Assembly: GCF_006345805.1 (NCBI RefSeq)
Contig: NC_043005.1
Coordinates: forward strand, 4,526,001-4,590,000
Origin: Octopus sinensis
Lineage: Eukaryota
Length of the DNA stretch: 64,000 nucleotides
Direction: 5' to 3'
The notes below the pieces were generated by a model. The model had not been told where the DNA came from. It saw only the letters and a program-made list of their open reading frames with translations, and ran no database searches. The number at the start of each line of letters is the position of its first letter. Position 1 is the stretch's first letter. Both the position numbers and the translations under genes were made by a program. This document shows positions 35,875 to 48,700 of this stretch, piece after piece.

Positions 35875-38800
35875 GTGTGTCTGTCTGTCAATCAATTAAT
35901 CAATCAACCAGAGAATAATCCTCAAAAGGTAGAGATGTGGTTGTGTGGTAAGAAGTTTGTTTCCCAGCCACATGGTTCCAGTTTCAGTTCCACTGCATGG
36001 AACCTTGGGCAAGTGTCTTCTACTATAGCCTTGGGCTAACCGAAGCCTTGTGAGTGGATTTGATAAAAGGGGTCTGTCGTGTATATATGTATGTACATGT
36101 GTGTGTGTGTGTGTGTGTTTGTTTGTTTACTCCTCACCACTGCTTAACAACCAGTTTTAGTGTATTTATATGCCTATAACTTAGCAGTTTGGCATTAGAG
36201 ACCAATAGAATAATTACCAGGTTTAAAAGAGTAAATATTGGTGTCGATTCATTTGACTCAAATTTTTCAAGACAATGCCCCCAGCATGGCCGCAGTCTAA
36301 TGGCTGAAACAAGTAAAAGAAGTTATGTAAAATGGATGTCTACAAACTTATTTATCAGATAATTAAAATAAAATATAATTAGAAAACAGTATATTTCTGG
36401 GGATAATCCTCAGAAGTTACATAAAATCAATGTCTCCGATCTTATTTATTCAATCTGACTTTTTCATTAAAAATCAGTTTCATTCGTTTTTATCTGCAAT
36501 CAATCTTGTTTCTCCCTCAGCTATTCCCCTTGTAATAGAAATACACCAAATCAGAAACTAGTACATGGAAGATTCATGAATTTATAAGCTTTGGTTATAT
36601 CAACAAATGCTCCATAAACTCTATGATGCAGATGGTAGTTAGTTAACATGCTAATGTTGAATATATTAGTATCGTAATAGGTAGCATTTTAGCCAATAAC
36701 ATTTCATTAGTTTATTGAATTTCACTGCAAAATAAGAACATGCTTTACTCTTCTTCAATGGGAATCGGCAACACACACCAGCTGGATTTCGAAGACCTAT
36801 TTTGATCAATAGCTGTTGTTTGAAGTTGGTATTTGCTATGTAGTTGTTAGATCATATTGATATTAAAATTCAAAGTACATTTTAGTGAATCCAACTGTTG
36901 AAAAGCAAATATAGAATCTATGTTGATTATGTACTTTGATTATTGTAATTTCATTATTGCAAACAAATCCTTGTTTTTAAAGTAAATTCTATTGTTTTGG
37001 CTACATCACCTGATTATACCTGAATGTTTTTGTCTTTTTAACTGTTGCTCATTTGTGTGCAGATACTTTATGCTATGAAGGAGGGTGATCAATATTTAAT
37101 AATAATAATGAAATTATTGTATACAGTGCTCAGGTGCACCACAACTTGTCAGAAAGTGCATATAGAGTATATGCAGTAATGTACAAATGCCTGGAAAGCG
37201 AACAATGTATGAATCAGATACACGCTTGTGTGTGTATGGAGAGGAGAAAGATCAGGTGTAGTGTTGGCGAATCTCAGAAAGCATGGAAGTTTTGAAGGAT
37301 GCAGTGCTCTGACAACTAACAACTGATGCCGGCAGTTTGTTCCATGCTTCAGCAACTCTCAGCGTGAAAAAATGTTTCCTAAAGTCATGGGAGCTGTGCT
37401 GTTTTCTGACTTAGTAAATATGTCCACGGGTGTTAGACGGGTGGAGTTTGAAAAGGTGCTCAGAGTTATTGTTTGTAAGATGGTTGATAATTTTATGGGT
37501 GTCTGCCAAGTCAGCTGCCAGACGTCGGAGTTTCAATGTGTCCATGCCCTGGGAAGTAAGGCGTTCAGGATATGGCAAATGCTTGATGGAGGGTATTCTT
37601 TTGGTTGCACATCGCTGAACCGCTTCCAGACGATTGATATCCTGGGCAAGAGAGGGGTTCCAGACCGGTGATGCAAATTCCAGGTGAGGTCTTACTATAG
37701 CTATATAAAGCCGCAGATAGATAGCCGGAGAGCGGCTCACAAAGGATTTGGTGAGTGATGCCAAGACACCCTCAGCCTTCTTAACAATTTTAGCGATGTG
37801 TTTTGTCCAATGCAAATCACTGTCGACAATAACACCCAGGTCACGTTCACATGAAGACTTTTTGAGATTAGTGTTGTGGAGGGAATAGGTGGATGCTGGG
37901 TTTCTCCTCCCAAAATGCATGGTGGTACATTTGTCCACAGCCAGCTTGAGTTGCCAGTCCATGATCCACTGCTGCATTGTGTCCAGGTCTGCTTGCAATA
38001 GAGATCCATAGTGTACAGGATCTGACCTCTTTATTTCGAGGTACAGCTTGACGTCATCTGCATATTTCAGCACTGTGGCATTCTTTAAGTTGGCATCTAT
38101 GTCATTAACATATGCAACAAATAAAAGGGGGCCAAGAACAGATCCCTGTGGTACACCAGATGTCATCTCATAGGGTGAAGAGTACTGTCCTAGATCTATG
38201 ACAACCTCTTTTCGGCCGAAAATAAAGGACTTTAACCAGTTATAGAGTTCGTCTCTTACACCCAACGCAGAAAGCTTCACCATAAGGCTTTTGTGTGGCA
38301 CAGAGTTAAAAGCCTTAGCAGAGTCCAGGTAAACAACATCCACCCAGGATCCGCGATCAGTGATTTGGGTAACGTCTTCAAGAAACTCGATGAGTTGATT
38401 ACAGCAGCTGGAGTTAGGAATAAATCCAAATTAGGTTTTGCTTACTTATCTTAAATATTGATATATTACCTTGGATCTCTGCCTTTACCTTTAAATACTT
38501 AAGATGTATATATAAGCATTTTTGGACATATGGATTATTTTATAATTCAATTCTCTATTTCTGAGATGAATTGTATTATGTATACTGTTTATGTTAGTCT
38601 GATGGGTGTACTCATCTTGATTGTTGCTTTCACTACATTTCGGCTGTGTATGCTCCAGCCTTCTTTGGGTATCTTGTGCTCAGTTGTTGTATCAGAATTT
38701 TGAACCTAATCCTTTATTTGATCGATGAGGGTACACTATTCTCATTCAGTTCCCTGTGTTTTGTGACTTTTTTTTTTTTTTCCATCTGTTGATTTTTATG

Positions 38801-39331
38801 AATTACCTTAGTGCCTTGCAACTGCACTGCATTAATCAACGTTTTTACCTACTCTGCTATGTCTGTAAGAATGAGAACAAGGCACCCCTGTGGATCAAAT
38901 AAAGGGTTAGGTTCTGAATTCCAATAGAACAGCTGAGTTGAATGACTGACACCTGAAGAAGGTTGGAGTATACAACAGCCAGAACATAGTGAAAGCAACA
39001 ATCAAGATGGAGACACTAGTCTGACTAACATAAACAGTGTACATAGTATTTTATAATTGGGAAATCATGGCTCCTGTTGCTGCTTCATGACAAAAGACAG
39101 AAGTATTTTATTGGATTACAAGAAAGAATCATTAAAAGATCTGTTTAAATATATCAATAGATTAAAAAAATAAAAAGATTATAGGCATAGGTGTGGTTGT
39201 GTGGTAAGAAGCTTGCTTCCCAACCACATTGTTCCAGGTTCAGTCTCACTGTGTGGCACTTTGAGCAAGTGTCTTCTACTATAGTCTCAAAGCCTTGTGA
39301 GTGGATTTGGTTGACGGAAACTGAAAAAAGC

Positions 39332-39367
<36 letters not shown>

Positions 39368-39390
39368 CTGGTGGTGCTTAAGAGATCACA

Positions 39391-39426
<36 letters not shown>

Positions 39427-39460
39427 TATATATATATATATATTTATGTATGTATGTATG

Positions 39461-39519
<59 letters not shown>

Positions 39520-39610
39520 TATGTATGTATGTATGTATATATATATATATATATATTTATGTATGTATGTATATATATATATATATGTATTTATGTATGT
39601 ATGTATGTAT

Positions 39611-39641
<31 letters not shown>

Positions 39642-42600
39642 GTATGTATATATATATCTATATGTGCGTGTCTGTGTTTGTATCCCAGTACTGGTTGATA
39701 ACTGGTGTTGGTGTGTTTATGTCCCTGTAACTTAGCAGTTTGGCAAAAGAGACCAATAGAATAAATGCCAGGCTTAAGAATAAGTACTAGGCTTGATTCA
39801 TTTGATTAAAAATTCTTCAAGGCAGTGCCCCAGCATGGCCGTAGTCTAATGATTGAAACAAGTAAAAGATTCTTTGGGCGGTTGTCCCCTGCTTCTTTCT
39901 AAAGCCAAAATGGTGGACTGATAGATCAGCCCAGTCTTCTTGCAGGGATTAATTTTATTTTTTTATCCATTTCATTTATCAAAAAGTATTGTTCCATTGT
40001 TCTCAATTAATCAATTAAAAGATTTACTCCTCGTTAGATTGAATGTCAATCTGTTACAGGTTTTAAAATTCATAAAATGAAATTGTGTGCCATGAAGATA
40101 GGTAAACTCCGTCTTTTTCGGTAGTGCCCTTCTTTAGAAACATCACGGGTCTTGTTTTGAAGAAAAAGGTTTCGGTCCAGTGTTACAAATGAATTCAATC
40201 TTTGTCGGTTATACTGCAAAAGCTTACAAGGGTTTGCTGTACAGCTGCATTGAGCCTTTAAAAATAAAATGTTTTTGCTAAGACACAGACAGCATAGTAA
40301 GGGTAGATCAGAATAATTGACATAACCCTTCTTCTGGCCCTCTACAATTCCCAGTTATATATCATATGTTTATATTAATATGAATGCACACATAAGTTAC
40401 AGTTTATCAATACATGAGGGGGTGCCCTAAAGAAACTGGAGTTTTGCAATATCATATTATTCACTTAGTTTTACATGTTTACACTTTGGTCACCTTCAAA
40501 GAATTCTCCATTTGAAGCAATACATCAGGCTAGATATGTTTTCCACTGTTCAAAGCAGTCCTGGAACTCTTGCAAAGTGATGCCTTTTAATGCCTCCATT
40601 GTTTCCTTCTTCACCTCTTCCACATCTGCAAATTCCATAGCACCAGCTTTCATCACCAGTGATGACCTTCAAAAGAAGGTCCAGATCAACTTCCAACTGC
40701 TCTTTCAGTTCACAACACACATTCAGTTGTGACTGCTTTTGATCTTCCTTGAGAAAGCGAGGCATGAATTTTTCTGCAACTCTTTTCATTCGCAATTCCT
40801 CGCTCAAAATTCGTCAATTGTTCAGTGACAGTCCTCCAAGATCAGTTCATGAATTTTCATTCATTTGGGAGGTCAACGGTCATCCTGAATGAGGTTAGTT
40901 TTCAAGCAACAAGTGACCATGGAAACCACTCATAAACTTGTATTTTGCTCACGGCAGTGTCCTTGTAAGCTGTTTGAAGCATAACAGCTGTTTCAGCCAC
41001 TGTTTTCCCCAGCAGAAAACAGAATTTCATGGAAGCATGCTGTTCCTTCATTTCAGTCATCACAAAAATTGACAATCAGGGGAGAAGCACTGCAAAACAA
41101 AGATGCACCACATGGCACTACGACCTCACTTGACGATGCCAGTCAGCAGACTGATGCCTGAGGGTTGCATCAAGTGGCTTCTAGTGGCGGAAACCTGAAC
41201 AACAATGGGTTTGTCCCACAGAGAATGTTTCTGGCTACTTTTGAGTACCCCCTTGTACTATTATTATTTCTTTGTTGGTGTTTATTTGCCTGTTATGTTT
41301 CATTATATTTCCCTAATTGGACACTCTTCTTCCGAAATACAGATCCTAGTGTATGTAGAAAGCATTTTGAAAGACCATTGGTTTCTTCTTTCTTAATATT
41401 GTTTGGAAACAGGAGAATGGCCATACAAAACTTTCTATTCTGGCTATATATTGAACAGCATTAGGTCATTGATGCATCCATAAAGATTTTGTAGAATGTA
41501 TTTAGAGTGTATCAGCCTGGTGGCTACCATCCTTTACCAAACTATATTAATTGTAGCTCACTTTGTTTTAAGTACTGGAAAATATAGAACATCTCTAGTT
41601 TCCTTGGATTCTGCTGTATTAACAGTAGGATTTGAATCACTCAACAATTATTCAATGCTCCAGCTGTTTACTCTGGAAAGCTTTCCCAACTCATAGTATC
41701 TATTAGTTATTTACACTAGGCTTGAAAGAGTTTTAAGAATCTAGATTATGAATAGAGTACAATGCTAGGGACAAGCTATATACAGTTAATTGTTAATTCA
41801 GTAACCTAATACACTGTCAACTTGACTAGCCACAATTCTGAATTGTTAGAGAGTTTTAGATGATGATAACAGTTTATAACTTCACATTACTTTCATTGCT
41901 TCATTGATGTAACAAAGAATTGTCAAGTTTGATCTTTTATCATTAAATGGAGGGGATAATTGTCATTATGATTATCTTATTGAATGACTGCTGCCTTCTT
42001 TCTGTGCTAATATAACTGCAAGTCTTTCACAACAAAGTAATATTTCAGGCTCATTAATATTGATAATACTGGTTGAGCATTCAAGCTACTGCAGAATTAA
42101 CTCTCAGACACCTGAGATTTCCGTGGTTCAAATCTCATTTTAAGTTGACATTATTTTTTTTATACTCCACCAAACCAAAAGACTATTGTCAGAATCACCA
42201 AGAATGAAAAATATCAACCCAGGAGGAAAGCAAGAAGCTAATCAGATGTTTAGTGGCTTGAAACTTAATCATACAGCTCCTTTAAATTAAACGAAACTCT
42301 GCAATAAATCTAGATAAAAGAGTATTGGATGCTTTTACTATACTGTAACTTCTTTGAAGTTAAAATAGACATCTAGCTAACCGTTAAAAGTTTTTTTTTA
42401 TGTCGTTAATATAAATAAAAACATTTCTTTGTTGTGTTTAAAACATCAGACTATATGATTAAGATGATGCAATGCTCATTACCCTAATGAACTTACACTA
42501 ACTAAGCACTGTGTAATGGTTTTAAGTAAAACAGACAACCACAATATTTTCTCACTTCATTCATTCAAGCAGAAAATAAGACACTGTTCTCATTTTACAG

Positions 42601-45600
42601 TTGTTAGCATTTATTCAGCTGTCAAACGATGCATTTAAAATTCACATAAAGATGATCAAATTTGCAGCAACATCCCATTAGCATGGAGCAGGTTGCTATA
42701 AAACCTGTAAGCAAAAAAAAAAGGAAGAAAAGAAAATTAGAAAAAGTAGCCATACAAGATCCTGTCAGTTCTCAAATAATCAATAGTTAAGGAAGATACT
42801 AATTGACAAGGTTGCATAGAATGTTTTGGTTAATTGTTTCCATTGATAGAGCAACTAACAGGAACTAGATAAGTAGGCCACCTGTTTGTTAGACATAAGG
42901 AATCTGCTATTTGAACCTCAACATGGTATTTTGTAAATTAATCTACATTAATTTTATTTTCATTGACGGGTTATTGTTTGTTTGTTTTTTCTTAATGAAA
43001 ATATCTCAGTAATTGTACTCCTTTTTGGCAAATTATTGTTTTGTTATGGGTGAATTTTGTTTTTGTTCTTAATAATCATTAATCAATATTTAACAATTAT
43101 GTTTGATATAGTGTGCACCAACCATGAAAGTAATTCTTGAAGTACAAACCTAATATATAAGTGCAAGCATCAAAGCTTATTCTTGATAAAAATCAATAAA
43201 ATTTCCAATAAATCAGCTGAGAATTCAAACCTACCATTTGTTCTCAAAGAGTTCCAAATAGATTTTGATAAGTGAGTGAGAGAGAGGGAGGCAGGAGAGA
43301 GTAATTGAAAGTTGTCTCTATTGATTTGTCTATTTGCTTGCAAACTGATGTGACAATTAGTGAGAACAAGTTGATTCAAACATCTATACCTACTGATTAA
43401 CTGATAAGTTCAAGGTGTAATCTACTAATCTGTTGCTGCCATTTTAGAACAATAAAAATGGGTTGTTGAAAAGAGAGAGAGAGAGAGATTACTAAGTCAG
43501 TTGAATATAGAGTCAAAATCACAAAAGTCAGATAGCTACAAAATGCATTGTGTGTGTGTGTGTATGTATGTAAAGAAGGCTGTTGTTCTTTAGTTAAGAG
43601 TCACTAAAATGTAATCACATTGGGTCACCCATTAATGTTATGACAATAATTGAGTGAGAAATGATTGAGTGAAGAACAATTAACTAATTATGAAGATGGC
43701 CATTTATTTAACATGAGTTACGATATTAGTCGTTAGAATATAAAATAAATGATGTCACGTCGTTGTGTATACACATTGTTTGTAAATGCACTAAAATATT
43801 TCTTGTGGATCCATAATTCATTCTGTGTGGGGAACTAGCTTCATCTCTGGGCTACTAGAGAGAGAGAGAGAGAGAGGGAGACAGTGTGAAAGTACCATTA
43901 AAAGTGAAGAGAGTGGTAAGTCGGTTCTCGTGGATCATGCTTGACTAGAAATTAGCTGATGCTTCTTGTTTGGAGCCATCTCTTCCAAATAGATGGACTT
44001 AACATTTCACTGGGTATTTATAAGTTTGGCAATTAAAGTAGATCAACCTAAAACAATAGATTTCTCCAGAATTATCTTTTCTGACCCTTCCACGACGGGA
44101 GAAGTTCTCAGAGATTAACTCATTCACATTAATATCTCAGTGCAGAGAGGAGAAAACAAAAGACCAGAAATTTGTTTGATAATTAATAAAAATGTGGATT
44201 CGGTTTCGAATCCCCTTAGCTATACTGTAGCTGGTCGCAAAATATGTATGTATACACACACTTATACAAACACACAGAAGGACTACAAAAAGTATGTTGC
44301 AAGATAGGGCAAAGCTGCCAAAATGGGGGATTTCAAGAGGGATAGCTTCTCAGGATTCAAGGGACCTATGAGATCTTTTATTTTTTTTTCTGGGTTGGGT
44401 CTGTCACATATTTATGCCTCTTTAGATTTTGGAACACTGTACTTCGTATAGGTCAAATGTGTCTGTGTTCTATTCATAGTTTGTACTTTGCTCAGATGTC
44501 TTAGAGAGCATGGGATAATTAAAAGCTTGAAGGGATTTAAATTGCTTGATGAGAGGAACTTAGTGGAACATTAATAAGTGTAGCAGTTTTGATTTTTGAC
44601 TTGAGGTAAAAGTTGGTTTGAGTTTTGGCTCAACCTTGAAATACACTTCAATACATCAACTATGATTTAACCACCAGCCAGAGGTGGTGGTGGTGGTGGG
44701 GTGGATTTGGTTCAGGCCAGTTGATATCAAAGATTTATCTTTGCCTTACACAAAAAGAAAAGGAAAATGAAATATTCAGGGATGGTTCAACGTAACCAAG
44801 ATGTGGAATTATTTGAAAAACCCGTAACGGTTAGCACAAAAAAGAGCATCTAGTTCCAAGAAGTCTCATCCAGTCCATGAATAAAGTAACATGAAAATGA
44901 CAACAATGATGATGAGGATGAGAGTAAGAAAGCAAAGCTAAATACTGAAAGCAGCATTACAATCCCAGTTCTCTTCTACCTCAGCTGAATCCAAGATCTT
45001 TTTCTAGATTTGAGACAAGGCCAAGTTTTCTGCTTTTTATTAACCCTTCAGGGATGAAAGGTAAATTCTACCTCAGCAGGATTTGAACCCAGAACATTAA
45101 GTGACAAATGTTTTAAGTATTAAATTAGATGAGGAGAGACATTTATAGAATACTGACTTCATAAAATAAGGGTCTCTTGCTTTTTGACATGCCTGAGGAA
45201 TAGAAAGTAAAACCAATCTTTGTCAAATATGAACATAGAATATAAAAATAAATGTTATAATACATTTACTCTAGTTTTCTACCATTTCATTCCCCTTCAA
45301 CAGCAGAATGTCATTAATAGAGGAGTTCTTTTGTTGTGTTGTCTTTCATATTCTGAGCGCCTTGTTTCCCTGGGCATGGATTCACTGAAGCTCCGGCGTC
45401 TAGCGACGGACTTGGTAAACACCCACAAGGTTATCAACCACCTCACCAACAACAACACTGAACACCTTTTTGATCTCCATGTGTCTAACACACGTGGACA
45501 TGCCTACAAAGTCAGAAAACAACACAGCTCCCATGACTTTCGGAAACATTTTTTCACGCTCAGAGTTGCTGAAGCATGGAATAAACTGCCTGCGTCAGTT

Positions 45601-45718
45601 GTTGACTGCCATGACACTGCATCCTTTAAGGCCCTCATGCTTTCCGAAATCCGCTGAAACTACACCTGATTATATATACACTTTAGATGAGTTGTAGTGC
45701 ACCTGAGCACTGTACACA

Positions 45719-45763
<45 letters not shown>

Positions 45764-48700
45764 GTGGAATTCAGGTTTGACAACTCTTCCCATAAGTTTA
45801 TTTGGTATTTTAGAAGGCTCATTTGAAACTCTGTTTGTGTACATGTGTGTATACGCATGAACAAAACCTGGTTTATTTGAGATCATAATCACTACAAATG
45901 CTAGATCTTTCAAATGTTAGTGGCTGTCTTTGTTAGCAACCCCAAACACTATCCCTTTTTTTTCCAGGACCAGAATATCCTTGAGTCCTGACCAATTTGC
46001 TGACTCTCTACAATGCAACACTACCCCTTATTTGGGACAGTGCTGTTGATACACAAACGTCCTAGATTGTCTTCAAAAGAAGGCCATTTCATTGATTGAC
46101 AAAGAGTCTCTAATACACTATAACCTCTTGTCCACAGACTTGCTGTCTCCTCTCTCTCTACTGCTTCCAGTACTAGTATGGTAGCTCTACTTTTCCCCAT
46201 TTAATTAGCTGGACACATCTTCCTTTCATTACCTCTGTGTCTCCCCTCCCCTCAAGCTCTACACTAGTTACAATACTCAATCCTTACTCCTTAGAACAGT
46301 GGTTCTCATATGTAGCCCATATGATCCTTGTGGGGTCCCATATAAGATTTTGTTATCAGTAAAATTGGTCATGCTTCAAGACAATCAATTTTAACAATTT
46401 TTTATAGACAATTCCTAATAATATTTGATAATAAAAATATGATTGGATTTTTTAAAACATGGAAGTCTTGCAGAGTAAAATAGGAATAAATAAGGTCTAC
46501 AGGTAAAAAAAAAAAGAATGGTTGAGAACCACTGCTTTAGAAGAGAACCACCTCCCTGTTCATCTACATTTTCTCTGCAATCATAAACTTACCGATGTTT
46601 AAGCTAAACATAAACATTGATGTCAATAGTTTTGCAGAGTCTGTGATGGTTATATGGATTCTAAACCCTTCCTCCACAAAAACAGCTCTTGAATGAAATT
46701 AAAAATTCTAATTGTTGATAATAACTTGTAATTTTCTTTTAATTTCTAGAGAAAGAAAACTGCTGAAGATGAACTGCAATTCCATGGTAAACGAATATTT
46801 TCATTTATGCCACAATATTATGTTTTTATGATCTGTTCCTGCTGCAGTTCTCATAGATTTACTTTTTCAGTTCATTGCTTCACGTCTGTTTTAATACTTA
46901 CTTCACACTTTATTAAAATGATACCTTATTAACTTCTAAATATAATCAATGATAATCTTTATATCCAACTTCACACGGATGCCTTGCTAGAACATCAAAT
47001 ACTGCATTATTAGCTTTGAGAGACCCTCCCGTTTAGGTGCTTGGAGCTGCAACATCAGCATCTGAAAAGATGCTGAAACGTTATATAGCATAGCAGTGAG
47101 ATCTGACTGGCATAAGATGACAACTGAGGATGTCCAGTAGAGAGAAATCATGTGATATGAGAATTCCAGTGCCCATCACAGATGAATTTCATTTGCTACA
47201 ATCTTCTATGTGTGTGTTTTTATGTATCAAGTGCCTAAATGAGAGGATCTCCCAAGGTTAATAATGCAGTTTTCAGTGTTCTAACAAAGTATCCATGTCA
47301 AGTCAGAGATATTAATACTGCTTCTGTCTAATAATAATCTAATAATAATGAATGATATTGATTGTTCTGTTTTATATGGATTTCAAAATAAATTCCAAAC
47401 CCATGCTCAGAATTTGTCAAAGCATGGAATAAACTACCCGTGTCCATCATTAACTGTCAGGAAACTGCAATGTTTAATGAGTTTATTATACATTCCATTT
47501 CTTAACATGATTTCCATGGCTGGATGCTCTTCCTATCAATATATGTGTGTGTAGGAGAGAGAGAAAGTTTATTTGTGACTTAGGAAAGTGTCCTTGACTA
47601 TATAGCATTGGACCAAATGAGTGAATTTGGTTGACAGAAACTAAAAGGAGCCTGTTATATATACTTGTGTGTGTGTGTGTGTGTCTGGTTGAGAGAGTTC
47701 CTGTTTCCCTTGTGCCTACTGGATTGTAATCAACGGCTTCCTGATGGTGCCATTTGTTTGCAGTCCACCATGAAAATATGTTGCATGGTCTTTGTAAACA
47801 AAAGGCTCGTTCATATGATGTCACTTGGTTCCATTCTCTGCATGTCCAGGTTGTTTGTTGTTCAACAGACTGGAAGTTTATCACCCCATTTGGAAATGAT
47901 GTGGTTGTTCCAACGTACATCCGACCCATGCAAGTACTTAAAAGTAGATGTTAAAACAATGAGGCAGAGGACGATGATGACCATAATGTTTCCTGTCCTG
48001 GACCATGGTTTCATTGGATTAGGCTTTTACATGCATAGGTTGCTCATACTTTTCTTTTACTAACTTAGCAAGTTTGACAGGCAAAATTGCCCATCAGGGT
48101 TTGAATCAAAATATATAATGTAATTTTTTATTATAGTAGTTGTTGTTGTTGTTGTTAAGGCAGCAAACTAGCAGAATCATTAGCACGCCCAACGAAATAC
48201 TTAGCAATATCATCATCAACATCATCACTATTCCATACTGAACTGCACAACAGACCTTCCTTGAATAGTTGTGCATCTATTTTTTTTTTCTTCAAGCCAA
48301 AGTTGCTAGCCTCTTACTCAATCGTTCTTCATTTCTGGAGAAAAAGATGTTATCAGATGTCTCTCATAACCTTTTTCCTGGAACATTATAGCCCTTTCAG
48401 AGAGAAAGATGTCCACCAGAACTTGACTGGTATGTTATTGAGAGGATGCAAAGCAATGCTGACCTTGATGGGATTTGAACTCAGAACACAGGGAGCCAGA
48501 GCAAATACCACAAATCATTCTATCCAATACTCTATCAACTCTACCAATAATGTAAATATATGTCTAGTTAGCTATTGTCTGCATCATCATCATGGCCCAG
48601 TGTAATACAATGCATTTATAATATATTTTCTCTCTCATGGTGGCCACCCACTTGTGAGCAAGAAAGGCTATTGCTGACCTTTAGGAACATTGTGCGAAAT

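Noticed and set aside
43094-43110. TATGTTTGATATA resembling miR-190
   Set aside because: Partial match with a wrong 5' seed context and no precursor hairpin visible
42620-46680. Possible antisense nested mini-gene (donor at ~46592 spliced to acceptor at 42705, giving ..[33 protein letters not shown])
   Set aside because: No recognisable homology; GTAAGT donors and pyrimidine tracts are expected several times by chance in an 18-kb AT-rich intron; would need stranded RNA-seq support
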